Both the position numbers and the translations under genes were made by a program. The notes beneath the pieces were generated by a model, which was not told the DNA's origin, did no database searches, and saw only the letters and a list, made by a program, of their open reading frames with translations. Shown here piece after piece: positions 40,317 to 48,421 of a stretch of DNA of 64,000 nt (the first letter of the stretch is position 1; the number at the start of each line of letters is the position of its first letter). The stretch is from Candidatus Cloacimonadota bacterium (GTDB lineage Bacteria > Cloacimonadota > Cloacimonadia > JGIOTU-2). The DNA lies in assembly GCA_023129415.1 (NCBI GenBank), contig JAGMCF010000151.1, positions 1,616 to 65,615 on the forward strand. The letters are read 5' to 3'.

Positions 40317-40473
40317 TAATTAGTGTCTGTCCGTAAATGTAGAACGAGGTTCCTAGCTCGTTTTCTTAAGGCACATTTAAAGCCTATTTACATTAACGAC
40401 CTTGGTCGGTCTCGGCGCCCAGACGGAAAGGTCGTTCTACAAACAATGATTTTACGGACAGACACTAATTAAT
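40317..40473 (+). mobile_element. MITE-like element, copy B (157 bp, perfect 21-bp TIRs)
   Basis: taattagtgtctgtccgtaaa (40317-40337) and tttacggacagacactaatta (40453-40473). Internal hairpins gaacgaggttcctagctcgtt and aacgaccttggtcggtctcggcgcccagacggaaaggtcgtt. No ORF. Confidence 0.75.
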
Positions 40474-40548
40474 ATGAACTATTAAGGTTGGGATTTAAAA
40501 TAATGAAAAACACAGTTATTGTAAATAATTGTAAAAAAATTCAATTTT

Positions 40549-42747
40549 TTATTTAACAAAAATTTTCCCAGTACCATTGGAAATTACTCTTCCAATTTTT
40601 GAAAATCCTTGAATTCCCTTTTTCTGAAATTTGTCCATTAATTCTTTACATTCATCTTCTGGAATAGAAACTAACAAACCACCAGAAGTTTGTGCATCGG
40701 ATAAAAGAACTTTCTGAACATAAGAAATTGATGAACTCCATTCCACAATTGGCTCAACAAATTTCAAATTGGATAAAGTCCCTCCGGGAATGATATTCCC
40801 AGTTGCAAATTCAGCTGCACCATTAAGGAGTTTTACATTATCTGCAAATATTTCAACATCCACATCACTTGCTTTTGTCATTTCAGATAAATGCCCTAAT
40901 AGACCAAAACCCGTAACATCTGTGCAAGCATGGACTGTAAAATCATTTAATATTTGAGATGTGTAATTATTCAAAGTTTCCATTGTCTCAACTAATTCTG
41001 ATTTTTGATTTTTGGAAAGTAATCCTCTCTTCATAGCAGTAGATAAAATGCCAGTTCCAATTGGTTTTGTAAGAAGAATCGCATCATTGGGAACCATACC
41101 AATATTTTTCCAAATTTTTTCTGGATGAACAAGACCAACAACAACCATGCCATATTTCGGTTCTGTATCTTCAATAGAATGTCCGCCAATGATAGTTATA
41201 CCAGCTTCTCTCGCTTTTTTCTGGGCACCTTGTAAAATTTCTTCCAATACACTTATTGGCAGACGATTGGTTGGGAATCCAACAATATTTAATCCAAAGA
41301 GTGGTTTTGCACCCATTGCATAAATGTCACTTAAAGCATTTGCAGTAGCTATCATTCCAAAATCAAAAGGGTTATCTACAATAGGGGTAAAGAAATCTAC
41401 AGTAACAACTATTGCAGTATTTTCATCAATTTTGTAAACAGCAGCATCATCAGCAGTATTTGTGCTTACCAGAATATTCTTATCATCTGGAATGGGCAGT
41501 TTCTGTAATATTGTTTCCAATATTTGGGGTTCAATCTTGCAAGCACATCCCATTCCATGAGTAAAATGAGTCAATTTGATTTCTTCTTTCATATCAATTA
41601 TAATATGCTCTTTCTTTGCTTGAAATTTTTGCACAGTTTTGATAATAATTTCCGCCGCTTGCTCAATTTCTTCTTCAGTTGTAAATTTACCTGTTGAAAA
41701 ACGAATAGTTCCCATTGCATAATCAATGGGCACATTCATTGCTTGCAAAACAGCAGAAACATCTATCCTGTCAGAATGACACGCAGCACCAGCAGAAGCT
41801 GCAACTCCACTCATTTCAGAAAGAATAGTGTTCGCTTCTACTTTATAAAATCCTAAACTTAAAGTATTAGGCAAACGCTTTTCTGGATGCCCATTCAAAT
41901 GAAAATTAAGATTTGATTCATTGAGTTTTTGATGAAGTAGGTCCCTCATCTTTTTCATATATTTACTATTTTTCTTAAGGTCCCTCCCTGCAATTTCACA
42001 GGCTTTTCCTAGACCGACAATACCCAGAACATTCTCAGTTCCAGCCCGTAGATTCTGCTCGTGATCTGCACCATGAATGAACTTTTGCAAAGTTATTCCT
42101 CTACGAATATAAAGAGCTCCAACCCCTTTCGGAGCATATATTTTATGACCTGCGATTGTCAGAAGATCAATCCCTAACTCATCCACATACACGGGAATTT
42201 TTCCGATGGATTGTGCTGTATCTGTATGAACAAAAATATCGTTTTGTTTTGAAATCTTTGCAATTTCTGAAATAGGCTGAATTGTTCCAACCTCATTATT
42301 GGCATGCATAATTGTAATCAAAATAGTTTGAGGAGTGATAGCTTTTTCAACATCTTTTGGGTTAACCAAACCATATTCATCTACAGGTAGATATGAAATA
42401 TTGAATCCCTGTGATTCTAAATATTCACAAACTTCCATAACAGAAGGATGCTCAATTGAAGAGGTTATAATATGATTTCCCCTATCTTTATGAGATAATG
42501 CAATCCCTTTAATAGCAAAATTATTTGATTCTGAGCCACCACTGGTAAAAATAATCTCATCAGGATAAGCATGTATCAAATCAGCAATTTGTTTGCGTGC
42601 ATTTTCAATAGCCTTTTTAGTTTGAATTCCATACCAGTGCATGCTGGAAGGGTTACCAAAATGATTATCTAAAAAAGGTCTCATAGCTTGTGCTACTTCA
42701 GGTGCAACGGGAGTTGTGGCATTATAATCTAAATAAATCGGTTTCAT
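40549..42747 (-). CDS. selD: Fusion protein: NifS-like cysteine desulfurase/selenocysteine lyase (N) + selenophosphate synthetase SelD (C)
   Basis: N-terminal half is a class V aminotransferase (LDYNATTP, HANNEVGTIQP, AGHKIYAPKGVGALY, SAGAACHS). From about residue 390 it is SelD (LTHFTHGMGCACKIEPQILETIL, GGHSIEDTEPKYG). The catalytic position is Cys, not Sec. No stop or frameshift between the halves. Confidence 0.85.
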   Translation of the reverse strand: MKPIYLDYNATTPVAPEVAQAMRPFLDNHFGNPSSMHWYGIQTKKAIENARKQIADLIHAYPDEIIFTSGGSESNNFAIKGIALSHKDRGNHIITSSIEHPSVMEVCEYLESQGFNISYLPVDEYGLVNPKDVEKAITPQTILITIMHANNEVGTIQPISEIAKISKQNDIFVHTDTAQSIGKIPVYVDELGIDLLTIAGHKIYAPKGVGALYIRRGITLQKFIHGADHEQNLRAGTENVLGIVGLGKACEIAGRDLKKNSKYMKKMRDLLHQKLNESNLNFHLNGHPEKRLPNTLSLGFYKVEANTILSEMSGVAASAGAACHSDRIDVSAVLQAMNVPIDYAMGTIRFSTGKFTTEEEIEQAAEIIIKTVQKFQAKKEHIIIDMKEEIKLTHFTHGMGCACKIEPQILETILQKLPIPDDKNILVSTNTADDAAVYKIDENTAIVVTVDFFTPIVDNPFDFGMIATANALSDIYAMGAKPLFGLNIVGFPTNRLPISVLEEILQGAQKKAREAGITIIGGHSIEDTEPKYGMVVVGLVHPEKIWKNIGMVPNDAILLTKPIGTGILSTAMKRGLLSKNQKSELVETMETLNNYTSQILNDFTVHACTDVTGFGLLGHLSEMTKASDVDVEIFADNVKLLNGAAEFATGNIIPGGTLSNLKFVEPIVEWSSSISYVQKVLLSDAQTSGGLLVSIPEDECKELMDKFQKKGIQGFSKIGRVISNGTGKIFVK

Positions 42748-42954
42748 GTTTTCTCCAAATTAAAAAAATTTAACACTTTCTGGCTTATGCACAATTCCTT
42801 TATATTTTCTTGACACCTTTTATAATTTAAAATGTGTGTGCAATAAATATTTAATAATAAATACAAAGCAAGTTTTTTATTATCACTTAAATTTATTAAA
42901 CTCAATTGTTTGTTATTCTGTGTCTTGCATTATCATTGGGGGAAATACTCTATA

Positions 42955-43140
42955 TTTACATAGCGCGGTAAACCGCAGAGAACGCAAATCCCGATAGATA
43001 CGGGATCCCGACTAAAGTCGGGAGAAGACGCAGAGTTCACTGAGTTATTTATTATCTTTGTGTCCTTTGCGTCCATTCTCCGTAGTAGTAAGACTGCTAC
43101 TGCGAAGGATGAACCTACTCAGCGAACTTTGCGGTTAATT
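42955..43140. repeat. GC-rich composite hairpin element
   Basis: gcggtaaaccgc, tcccgatagatacggga, tcccgactaaagtcggga, cgtagtagtaagactgctactgcg. Long-range arms cgcagagttcactgagt (43029-43045) and actcagcgaactttgcg (43108-43124). Confidence 0.8.
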
Positions 43141-43199
43141 TTTTTGCCAAAAAAACAAAGATTTCATTTGTAATACTATAAAAAAGGTTAGGATAAAAC

Positions 43200-43796
43200 A
43201 TGAAAATGATTGAATTGAAAAAAGAGGATTACAATAATGTAAAGCTTCATTATCGTTATATCAGTGATAAATACTATAAAGTAATTTATACACAAACCAA
43301 CAATGGTTGGAATATCCAATTTAAACTAACTCAATCTGAAAATAAAATTATAAAGGATTATGAAGAACCCTTAATTGAGGATTGGATGGAAGAAGAAAGT
43401 GAAAATGGTTGTCAAATATTCGGAATCGAAGATGATGGCAATATTGTTGCCTGGCTTACAATTGGAAAGGAAAGTTGGAGTGATAGATTAAGGATATACG
43501 AATTACTTGTTCATGAAGATCATAGAAAGAAAGGTTACGGAAAATTACTTGTCCAAAAAGCAAAAGAAATAGCTAAAGAAAAAAGATGCTATTGTGTAAT
43601 TTTAGAAACACAAACTAACAATTATAATGCGATTGAATTTTACAAAAAATATGGTTTTAAATTATTCGGATGTGACTTAAACTGTTATCAATATAATGAT
43701 ATTAAAAGAAATGAAGTAAGAATTGATATGGTTTGTTATTTAACTCAAGTTTCGCAGGTGGCAGACGGAACAGAGTTCCGTGTTAACCTGAAATGA
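43200..43796 (+). CDS. GNAT-family N-acetyltransferase
   Basis: LLVHEDHRKKGYGKLLVQKAKEIAKE (acetyl-CoA binding Q/R-x-x-G-x-G/A motif), NYNAIEFYKKYGF. The last ~18 codons (LTQVSQVADGTEFRVNLK) are encoded by the repeat element starting at 43741. Confidence 0.75.
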   Translation: MKMIELKKEDYNNVKLHYRYISDKYYKVIYTQTNNGWNIQFKLTQSENKIIKDYEEPLIEDWMEEESENGCQIFGIEDDGNIVAWLTIGKESWSDRLRIYELLVHEDHRKKGYGKLLVQKAKEIAKEKRCYCVILETQTNNYNAIEFYKKYGFKLFGCDLNCYQYNDIKRNEVRIDMVCYLTQVSQVADGTEFRVNLK

Positions 43797-43998
43797 GGTG
43801 GATTAAAATTGTAACTCGCTTCTCTGAAGCGTCTGTCAGCTGGTCTGGGCGCCTGTCTCCCCATATATCGGGAGCCAAGACGGGCCCGAGCCTGAAAGGA
43901 GCTCTGCTCCATATTATGAACCAGAGATTCATAATACAGACGGAACAGAGTTCCGTGTTACTGAGGGAATAGAGTTACCAAGTGCGAAACTTGAGTTA
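43741..43998. repeat. GC-rich mosaic element with 16-nt TIRs and an internal 24-nt direct repeat
   Basis: TIRs taactcaagtttcgca (43741-43756) and tgcgaaacttgagtta (43983-43998). cagacggaacagagttccgtgtta occurs at 43762-43785 and 43937-43960. The right 193 nt is homologous, in inverted orientation, to 50112-50323. Confidence 0.8.
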
Positions 43999-44404
43999 TT
44001 TAAAAAAATAAAAAGATACAAAATATAAAAAAAAAGAATGACAAAATATGAAACCTGAAAACAGTACCTGTATTGTATGGAATGAAAGGAACAGCATATT
44101 GGATATTGTTGTTTGCAAGATATTGAAAGAAAAGAGTTCTAAGGAAGGATTGGTAGCACTTCCGATATTCCATTTAGTTATGTCAATCTATGTTAGTTCA
44201 ATAATCCTTGATTACATATTTTAGGAAAGATAAACGAATAGGGTTGAAGAGAATATAATCTTCTTTTCGAATGGCATTATGTAATAGTATATAAAAATTG
44301 TAATCCTCTTCATTTCTTTTAAAAAAATTTGACAAATAAAATAACACTTCCTGCTTTTACCCTGCTAATTTGGATAAAACAAACAATAGATTTAGGATGT
44401 ATAT

Positions 44405-44620
44405 TATGAAGCGGAGATATCCCGTTCTCCGAAGGATGAAAAGGGTGTTATCTTGTCATGCCAAAGGCATCATGCCCGAGGCAAATCCCGACTTGTCGGG
44501 AGATCCTTCGGATAAATTATCTACCCTGTCTGGGCGCCTGTCTCCCGATATATTCACCCTTCGTAGTACTACGGAGAACGGGTCGGGAGCCAAGACTGAC
44601 CAAGATCGACGGGGTTAAAT
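44405..44620. repeat. GC-rich mosaic element sharing modules with 43741-43998 and 50112-50325
   Basis: catgccaaaggcatcatgcccgaggcaaatcccgacttgtcgggagatccttcgga matches the 50214-50270 module with 3 differences. gtctgggcgcctgtctccc...cgggagccaagac is shared with 43843-43881. Long-range arms cccgttctccgaagg and ccttcg..cggagaacggg. Confidence 0.8.
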
Positions 44621-44803
44621 TATTACACCCCCTAAACCGATAGTTGGTATGGGCTGATGCCTTTTTTAGTCAATTTGGTTAGATGGTAGAGATAAGTCAA
44701 AATCTAATTTTAATCGTCATTTGTATTAACAGCATGGTCAATGGGTTATTCCTGAAATTCAGGAATAAATGCTCATGACCAGTTTAATAATAAGGAGTTA
44801 ATA

Positions 44804-45094
44804 ATGAATATCTATGTAGGCAATTTGTCACGCGAGGTCACCGAAGAGGATTTGCGACAGGCTTTTGAGCCCTTCGGTCAGGTCGATTCCGTCACTGTTA
44901 TTAAAGACAAGTTCAGTGGCGAATCAAGAGGATTCGGATTTGTGGAGATGCCCACTAAAGCTGAAGCCCAGTCCGCGATCAATGGACTGAACGACAAGGA
45001 GTTGAAGGAACGAACGCTTAAAGTCAATGAGGCTCGTCCTCGCTCTGAAGACCGTCGAGGTGGAGGAAGACGAGGTGGGGGGAGGCGCTTCTAG
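44804..45094 (+). CDS. RRM-type glycine/arginine-rich RNA-binding protein
   Basis: NIYVGNL (RNP2), RGFGFVEM (RNP1), C-terminal RRGGGRRGGGRRF. AAGGAG RBS at 44792-44797. Visibly GC-richer than the neighbouring genes. Confidence 0.9.
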   Translation: MNIYVGNLSREVTEEDLRQAFEPFGQVDSVTVIKDKFSGESRGFGFVEMPTKAEAQSAINGLNDKELKERTLKVNEARPRSEDRRGGGRRGGGRRF

Positions 45095-45278
45095 TAAACG
45101 GCATTTCAGACCTACCTGCGGTAGGCAGACATAACAGAGTCATAGTAGAACTTCGCCTGACTTCGCCGTGGAGCTGATGGCAGGGCACTTGCTCTTTGGT
45201 TGAGTTTTGTGCCCTTTCAGAGCTTATTTTGAGATTAGCAGCAGCGCCCCCAAACCTGCCGCAGCTCACGCTTGACCG

Positions 45279-45407
45279 TTATTCTTCCAATTCCTCAAAC
45301 TTCTTTCTCCCCTTTTCAGTAATAATTCTAAAATCTTCTTTTCTAACTGTTATACCTTCTGTATCAAATTGAGTAAGCATCAAAAGGCATATTTTGCGAT
45401 TACCTTA
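45279..45407 (-). pseudogene. Duplicated 3' end of selB (42 codons plus stop), detached copy
   Basis: About 90 percent identical (12 mismatches in ~126 nt by my count) to 46098-46228. Translates without interruption as GNRKICLLMLTQFDTEGITVRKEDFRIITEKGRKKFEELEE*, versus selB GNRKICLLMITQFDSEGITVRKGDYRFITEKGRKKFEELED*. Confidence 0.85.
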
Positions 45408-45601
45408 TTGAAAAATTTGACAATCAATTTTATCAAATTTTATTTTGATTTCATAATAAGTTGAAGTATTGGAAAAGTTAATTTCAAAAGTATGGTGTTA
45501 GTTTTCGAATGTTGAATTACAAATCATAATGTATTATATAATAAAATATTTTGCAATAAGACACATTTAACAAGCAATAGTAGCATGTAATCATCATAAC
45601 T

Positions 45602-45883
45602 ATGCGTATAGAATTTGAATGGGATTCTGACAAAGGAAATAAGAATATCAAGAAACACAGTGTTTCTTTCAATGAAGCTGCAACGATATTTGGCGATCCT
45701 CTGTCTATGACTTTTTACGATCCTGACCATTCCATTGACGAAAACCGATACATCACTATCGGGTTATCATATCTGGGAAAACTGCTTATTGTTTCACATA
45801 CAGATCGGGTGGAGCGCATACGTATCATTGCAACGCACCAAGAGAGTAAATTTTATGAAGAACAAAAATTACACAAAAACTGA
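45602..45883 (+). CDS. brnT: BrnT-family toxin (DUF497)
   Basis: MRIEFEWDSDKGNKNIKKHSVSFNEAATIFGDP...RYITIG...LLIVSHTDR...IRII is the DUF497/BrnT pattern. Confidence 0.85.
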   Translation: MRIEFEWDSDKGNKNIKKHSVSFNEAATIFGDPLSMTFYDPDHSIDENRYITIGLSYLGKLLIVSHTDRVERIRIIATHQESKFYEEQKLHKN

Positions 45884-46094
45884 TAACGAGCTTCGGGCTG
45901 AGTATGATTTATCTCAGTTACATGGAGGTGCCAGGGGTAAATATGTCCAGCGTTTTAACGAAGGTACAAATTTAGTGCTGATAGCCCCAGATGTTGCAAA
46001 GGTTTTTCCAAGTGATAAGGCAGTGAATGAAGCATTACGGTTACTTATGAAAATCGCAAAGACACAAGTCAAACAGAGAGTTCACCTAGGGTGA
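45855..46094 (+). CDS. brnA: BrnA-type antitoxin
   Basis: ATG at 45855, within track ORF 45735-46094. 79 aa, EYDLSQLHGGARGKY pattern. Overlaps the brnT end by 29 nt. Confidence 0.7.
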   Translation: MKNKNYTKTDNELRAEYDLSQLHGGARGKYVQRFNEGTNLVLIAPDVAKVFPSDKAVNEALRLLMKIAKTQVKQRVHLG

Positions 46095-46101
46095 TTTTTC
46101 G

Positions 46102-48054
46102 TTAGTCTTCCAATTCCTCAAACTTCTTTCTCCCCTTTTCAGTAATAAATCTATAATCACCTTTTCTAACTGTAATACCTTCGCTATCAAATTGTGTAAT
46201 CATCAAAAGGCATATTTTACGATTCCCACCTACCAAATCACGGAACTCCGAAACTTTTATACCCTCTTTATGCTCTGAAAGATACTTCAGTAATACATTT
46301 CTGCACTTATTTACAACTAAAGAATAAATAAAATTTCCCTCAATATTATATATTTTACCTTGATTCGTTAATAAGTTAAGAATCTGTTTTAACTTATTCT
46401 CATCAATATCTTGTGCTTTTGCTTGTGGAATCAATTCTGAAATTAGCGGAGTTTTCATTCCAGAATTTTGAATATAATCCTCTACAAAATCCACTTGCTT
46501 TTTATTTTCTGAAGAAAGAATCACATTATGAGATTTCAAAGCCCAGGTATGATGAACTTTCTTTAATTTATTCGAATCTATCATTTCTTCTAAAATCAGT
46601 TTCATCATATTTTCAGTTGTTGAATCACGGTTGATTCCAAACAAACCCATCAATTCCTCAAAGTTTCTGCCCCGTTCATCAAAGGGATTTCTTTTATGAA
46701 AAGTTTCTAAATTTCGTATAACTTTCTGTTCCAGCTTCTCTTTCTCCTTTTTGAGCATCAAATATCCCTTTTCCTTTGAAGAAATAACAACAATATCTTC
46801 AGGTAAAGATTTGGAAACAACTTCCTGGATATTCTGTTTGGGAATATTTAGAATATCTCCAATTTCCTGGTAACTAACAGGGATTAATCTTTTTCGCACT
46901 TCTGCGGCAATCAATTCAGATACTCCTCCTTCAGTTACTTTACGAAGTTCACTTATAAGTTTTTTAGTTCTACGACGATGGTGGAGAGGATGCGCATCAA
47001 TTATTTCACCTCCACCAAGAGTAATATCACAAGAACTACTTCGAATAACAAATCTATCTCCATATTTTGCAATACAAGGTGAATCAAGATGAATTTGAAC
47101 GATTGCTGTTTTCCCTGGTTCGAGCAGGTTTTTGTCTATAAAATGAATCCGAGCTTGAGCTTGATATGTACCCAAAAGGAAAACCGCTTGAGTCCAGATT
47201 TTAAAATTCCTATTATGTTGAAAAAGTGTAAGTTTTGCATCTATCATTGTTGTGGCTTGCAAAATCCTATCAGAAACACTCATACCTCTCTTAAAATCAT
47301 CCTTGTTCAAACCGACAAGATTTAAAGAAGCTCTATCCCCAGCAGTTATCTCCTCAACCTCATTACCATGACGTTCCATACGACGAATTCGTAATTTTTT
47401 CTCTACTGGTAAAAGATATACTGAATCCTTTTTCTTCAAATGCCCACTAATAACTGAACCATTTACTATCGTTCCAAAACCCTTTACACTAAAAATTCTA
47501 TCAATAAACATTCTGAATAGTTTACCAGTGTGTCTTTGTTCAACTTTGGAACACATTTCTTGTAAAAACTCTTTCAATTCACCGATACCTTCTCCCGTTT
47601 TTGCAGAAATTTTTATGACTGGGAAATCTTGCAGAAATGTTCCTTTTGTAAAATCTGAGATTTCTTCTTCAGCTATCTGGAGAATTTCTTCTTCAACAAG
47701 ATCAATTTTAGTTAAAGCAACAAATCCTTTTTTTACTCCGAGAATCTCCATAATTTTAAGATGTTCAACTGTCTGTGGCATTACTCCACTATCTGCAGCA
47801 ATTACAAGCATAACAAAATCAATACTGCTTACCCCAGCAACCATTGTGTTTACGAAATCCTTATGACCGGGAACATCTATGATACCTATACTATTTCCAC
47901 TTGGCAAATCAATATGAGCAAATCCGAGATTTATTGTTATTCCGCGTAGTTTTTCTTCTTTGTGAGTGTCGCAATCTATATTTGTTAATGACTTTATTAA
48001 AGCAGTTTTGCCATGGTCAATATGACCGGCAGTTCCCATTATTAGGTGTTTCAT
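46102..48054 (-). CDS. selB: Selenocysteine-specific elongation factor SelB
   Basis: GTPase motifs [17 protein letters not shown]. Long C-terminal winged-helix extension (650 aa). Adjacent to selA and tRNA-Sec. Confidence 0.9.
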   Translation of the reverse strand: MKHLIMGTAGHIDHGKTALIKSLTNIDCDTHKEEKLRGITINLGFAHIDLPSGNSIGIIDVPGHKDFVNTMVAGVSSIDFVMLVIAADSGVMPQTVEHLKIMEILGVKKGFVALTKIDLVEEEILQIAEEEISDFTKGTFLQDFPVIKISAKTGEGIGELKEFLQEMCSKVEQRHTGKLFRMFIDRIFSVKGFGTIVNGSVISGHLKKKDSVYLLPVEKKLRIRRMERHGNEVEEITAGDRASLNLVGLNKDDFKRGMSVSDRILQATTMIDAKLTLFQHNRNFKIWTQAVFLLGTYQAQARIHFIDKNLLEPGKTAIVQIHLDSPCIAKYGDRFVIRSSSCDITLGGGEIIDAHPLHHRRRTKKLISELRKVTEGGVSELIAAEVRKRLIPVSYQEIGDILNIPKQNIQEVVSKSLPEDIVVISSKEKGYLMLKKEKEKLEQKVIRNLETFHKRNPFDERGRNFEELMGLFGINRDSTTENMMKLILEEMIDSNKLKKVHHTWALKSHNVILSSENKKQVDFVEDYIQNSGMKTPLISELIPQAKAQDIDENKLKQILNLLTNQGKIYNIEGNFIYSLVVNKCRNVLLKYLSEHKEGIKVSEFRDLVGGNRKICLLMITQFDSEGITVRKGDYRFITEKGRKKFEELED

Positions 48055-48073
48055 AGATTTCTTTCAACCGCGA

Positions 48074-48420
48074 ATGTACGCTAATTTACGCAAATATTTT
48101 TTCTTTGCCACGAATTTACCCTGTGAAATCCTTCAAAGAAGGAATCCCGATATATCGGGATTATTTCACAGGGCAAGCACGAACTGGCACGAACATTTAT
48201 GTATCAATGTAAAAGGCATTTTTGTATTTCTTGTGATACATAATCTATATCACACTTCGCTGGTTCAAGTATGTTACTTGAACCGTTTATTTTAATTCTC
48301 CGGTTCAGATTGCAAATCTGAACCAGCATATAGATTTTAATTTTTGACCTCATCCCTAACCCTTCTCCTATGAGGAGAAGGGAACTAATCTCCCGCGTTT
48401 TAGGAGAAGATTAGTGCAAG
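48074..48420. repeat. selA-selB intergenic region filled by at least 6 hairpin modules
   Basis: ccctgtgaaat[ccttcaaagaagg][aatcccgatatatcgggatt]atttcacaggg, ggttcaagtatgttacttgaacc, ggttcagattgcaaatctgaacc, cccttctcctatgaggagaaggg, ctaatctcc..ggagaagattag. Frame gccacgaatttaccc...gggcaagcacgaactggcacgaaca is shared with 50468-50573. Confidence 0.8.
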
Positions 48421-48421
48421 G

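Noticed and set aside
42805-42840. Plus-strand TTGACA...TATAAT-like words upstream of the GNAT gene; similar TTGACA words at 44327, 45416 and 56363 (minus)
   Set aside because: The spacing to the best -10-like hexamers is non-canonical or ambiguous in this AT-rich DNA. They are kept as hints only and are not annotated as promoters.
44048-44224. 58-codon plus-strand ORF (MKPENSTCIVWNERNSILDIVVCKIL...) in the gap between two repeat elements
   Set aside because: No recognisable family and no clear RBS. It could be a small accessory gene, but the sequence alone does not support calling it.
44370-44643. 82-aa and 61-aa track ORFs; also the 87-aa ORF at 50086-50349 with a similar MPE[AT][ND]PDLSGDPSD peptide
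   Set aside because: The shared peptide comes from a shared repeat module. Of the three nucleotide differences between the two copies, all change an amino acid, and the one in ATGCC-RAA-GGCAT falls in that hairpin's loop. This argues for nucleic-acid structure rather than coding constraint.
48074-48295. 73-aa plus-strand ORF in the selA-selB spacer; also the 60-aa ORF at 52544-52726 and the 81-aa ORF at 45024-45269
   Set aside because: All lie inside repeat or hairpin DNA, or antisense to the RRM gene, and none has translation signals.
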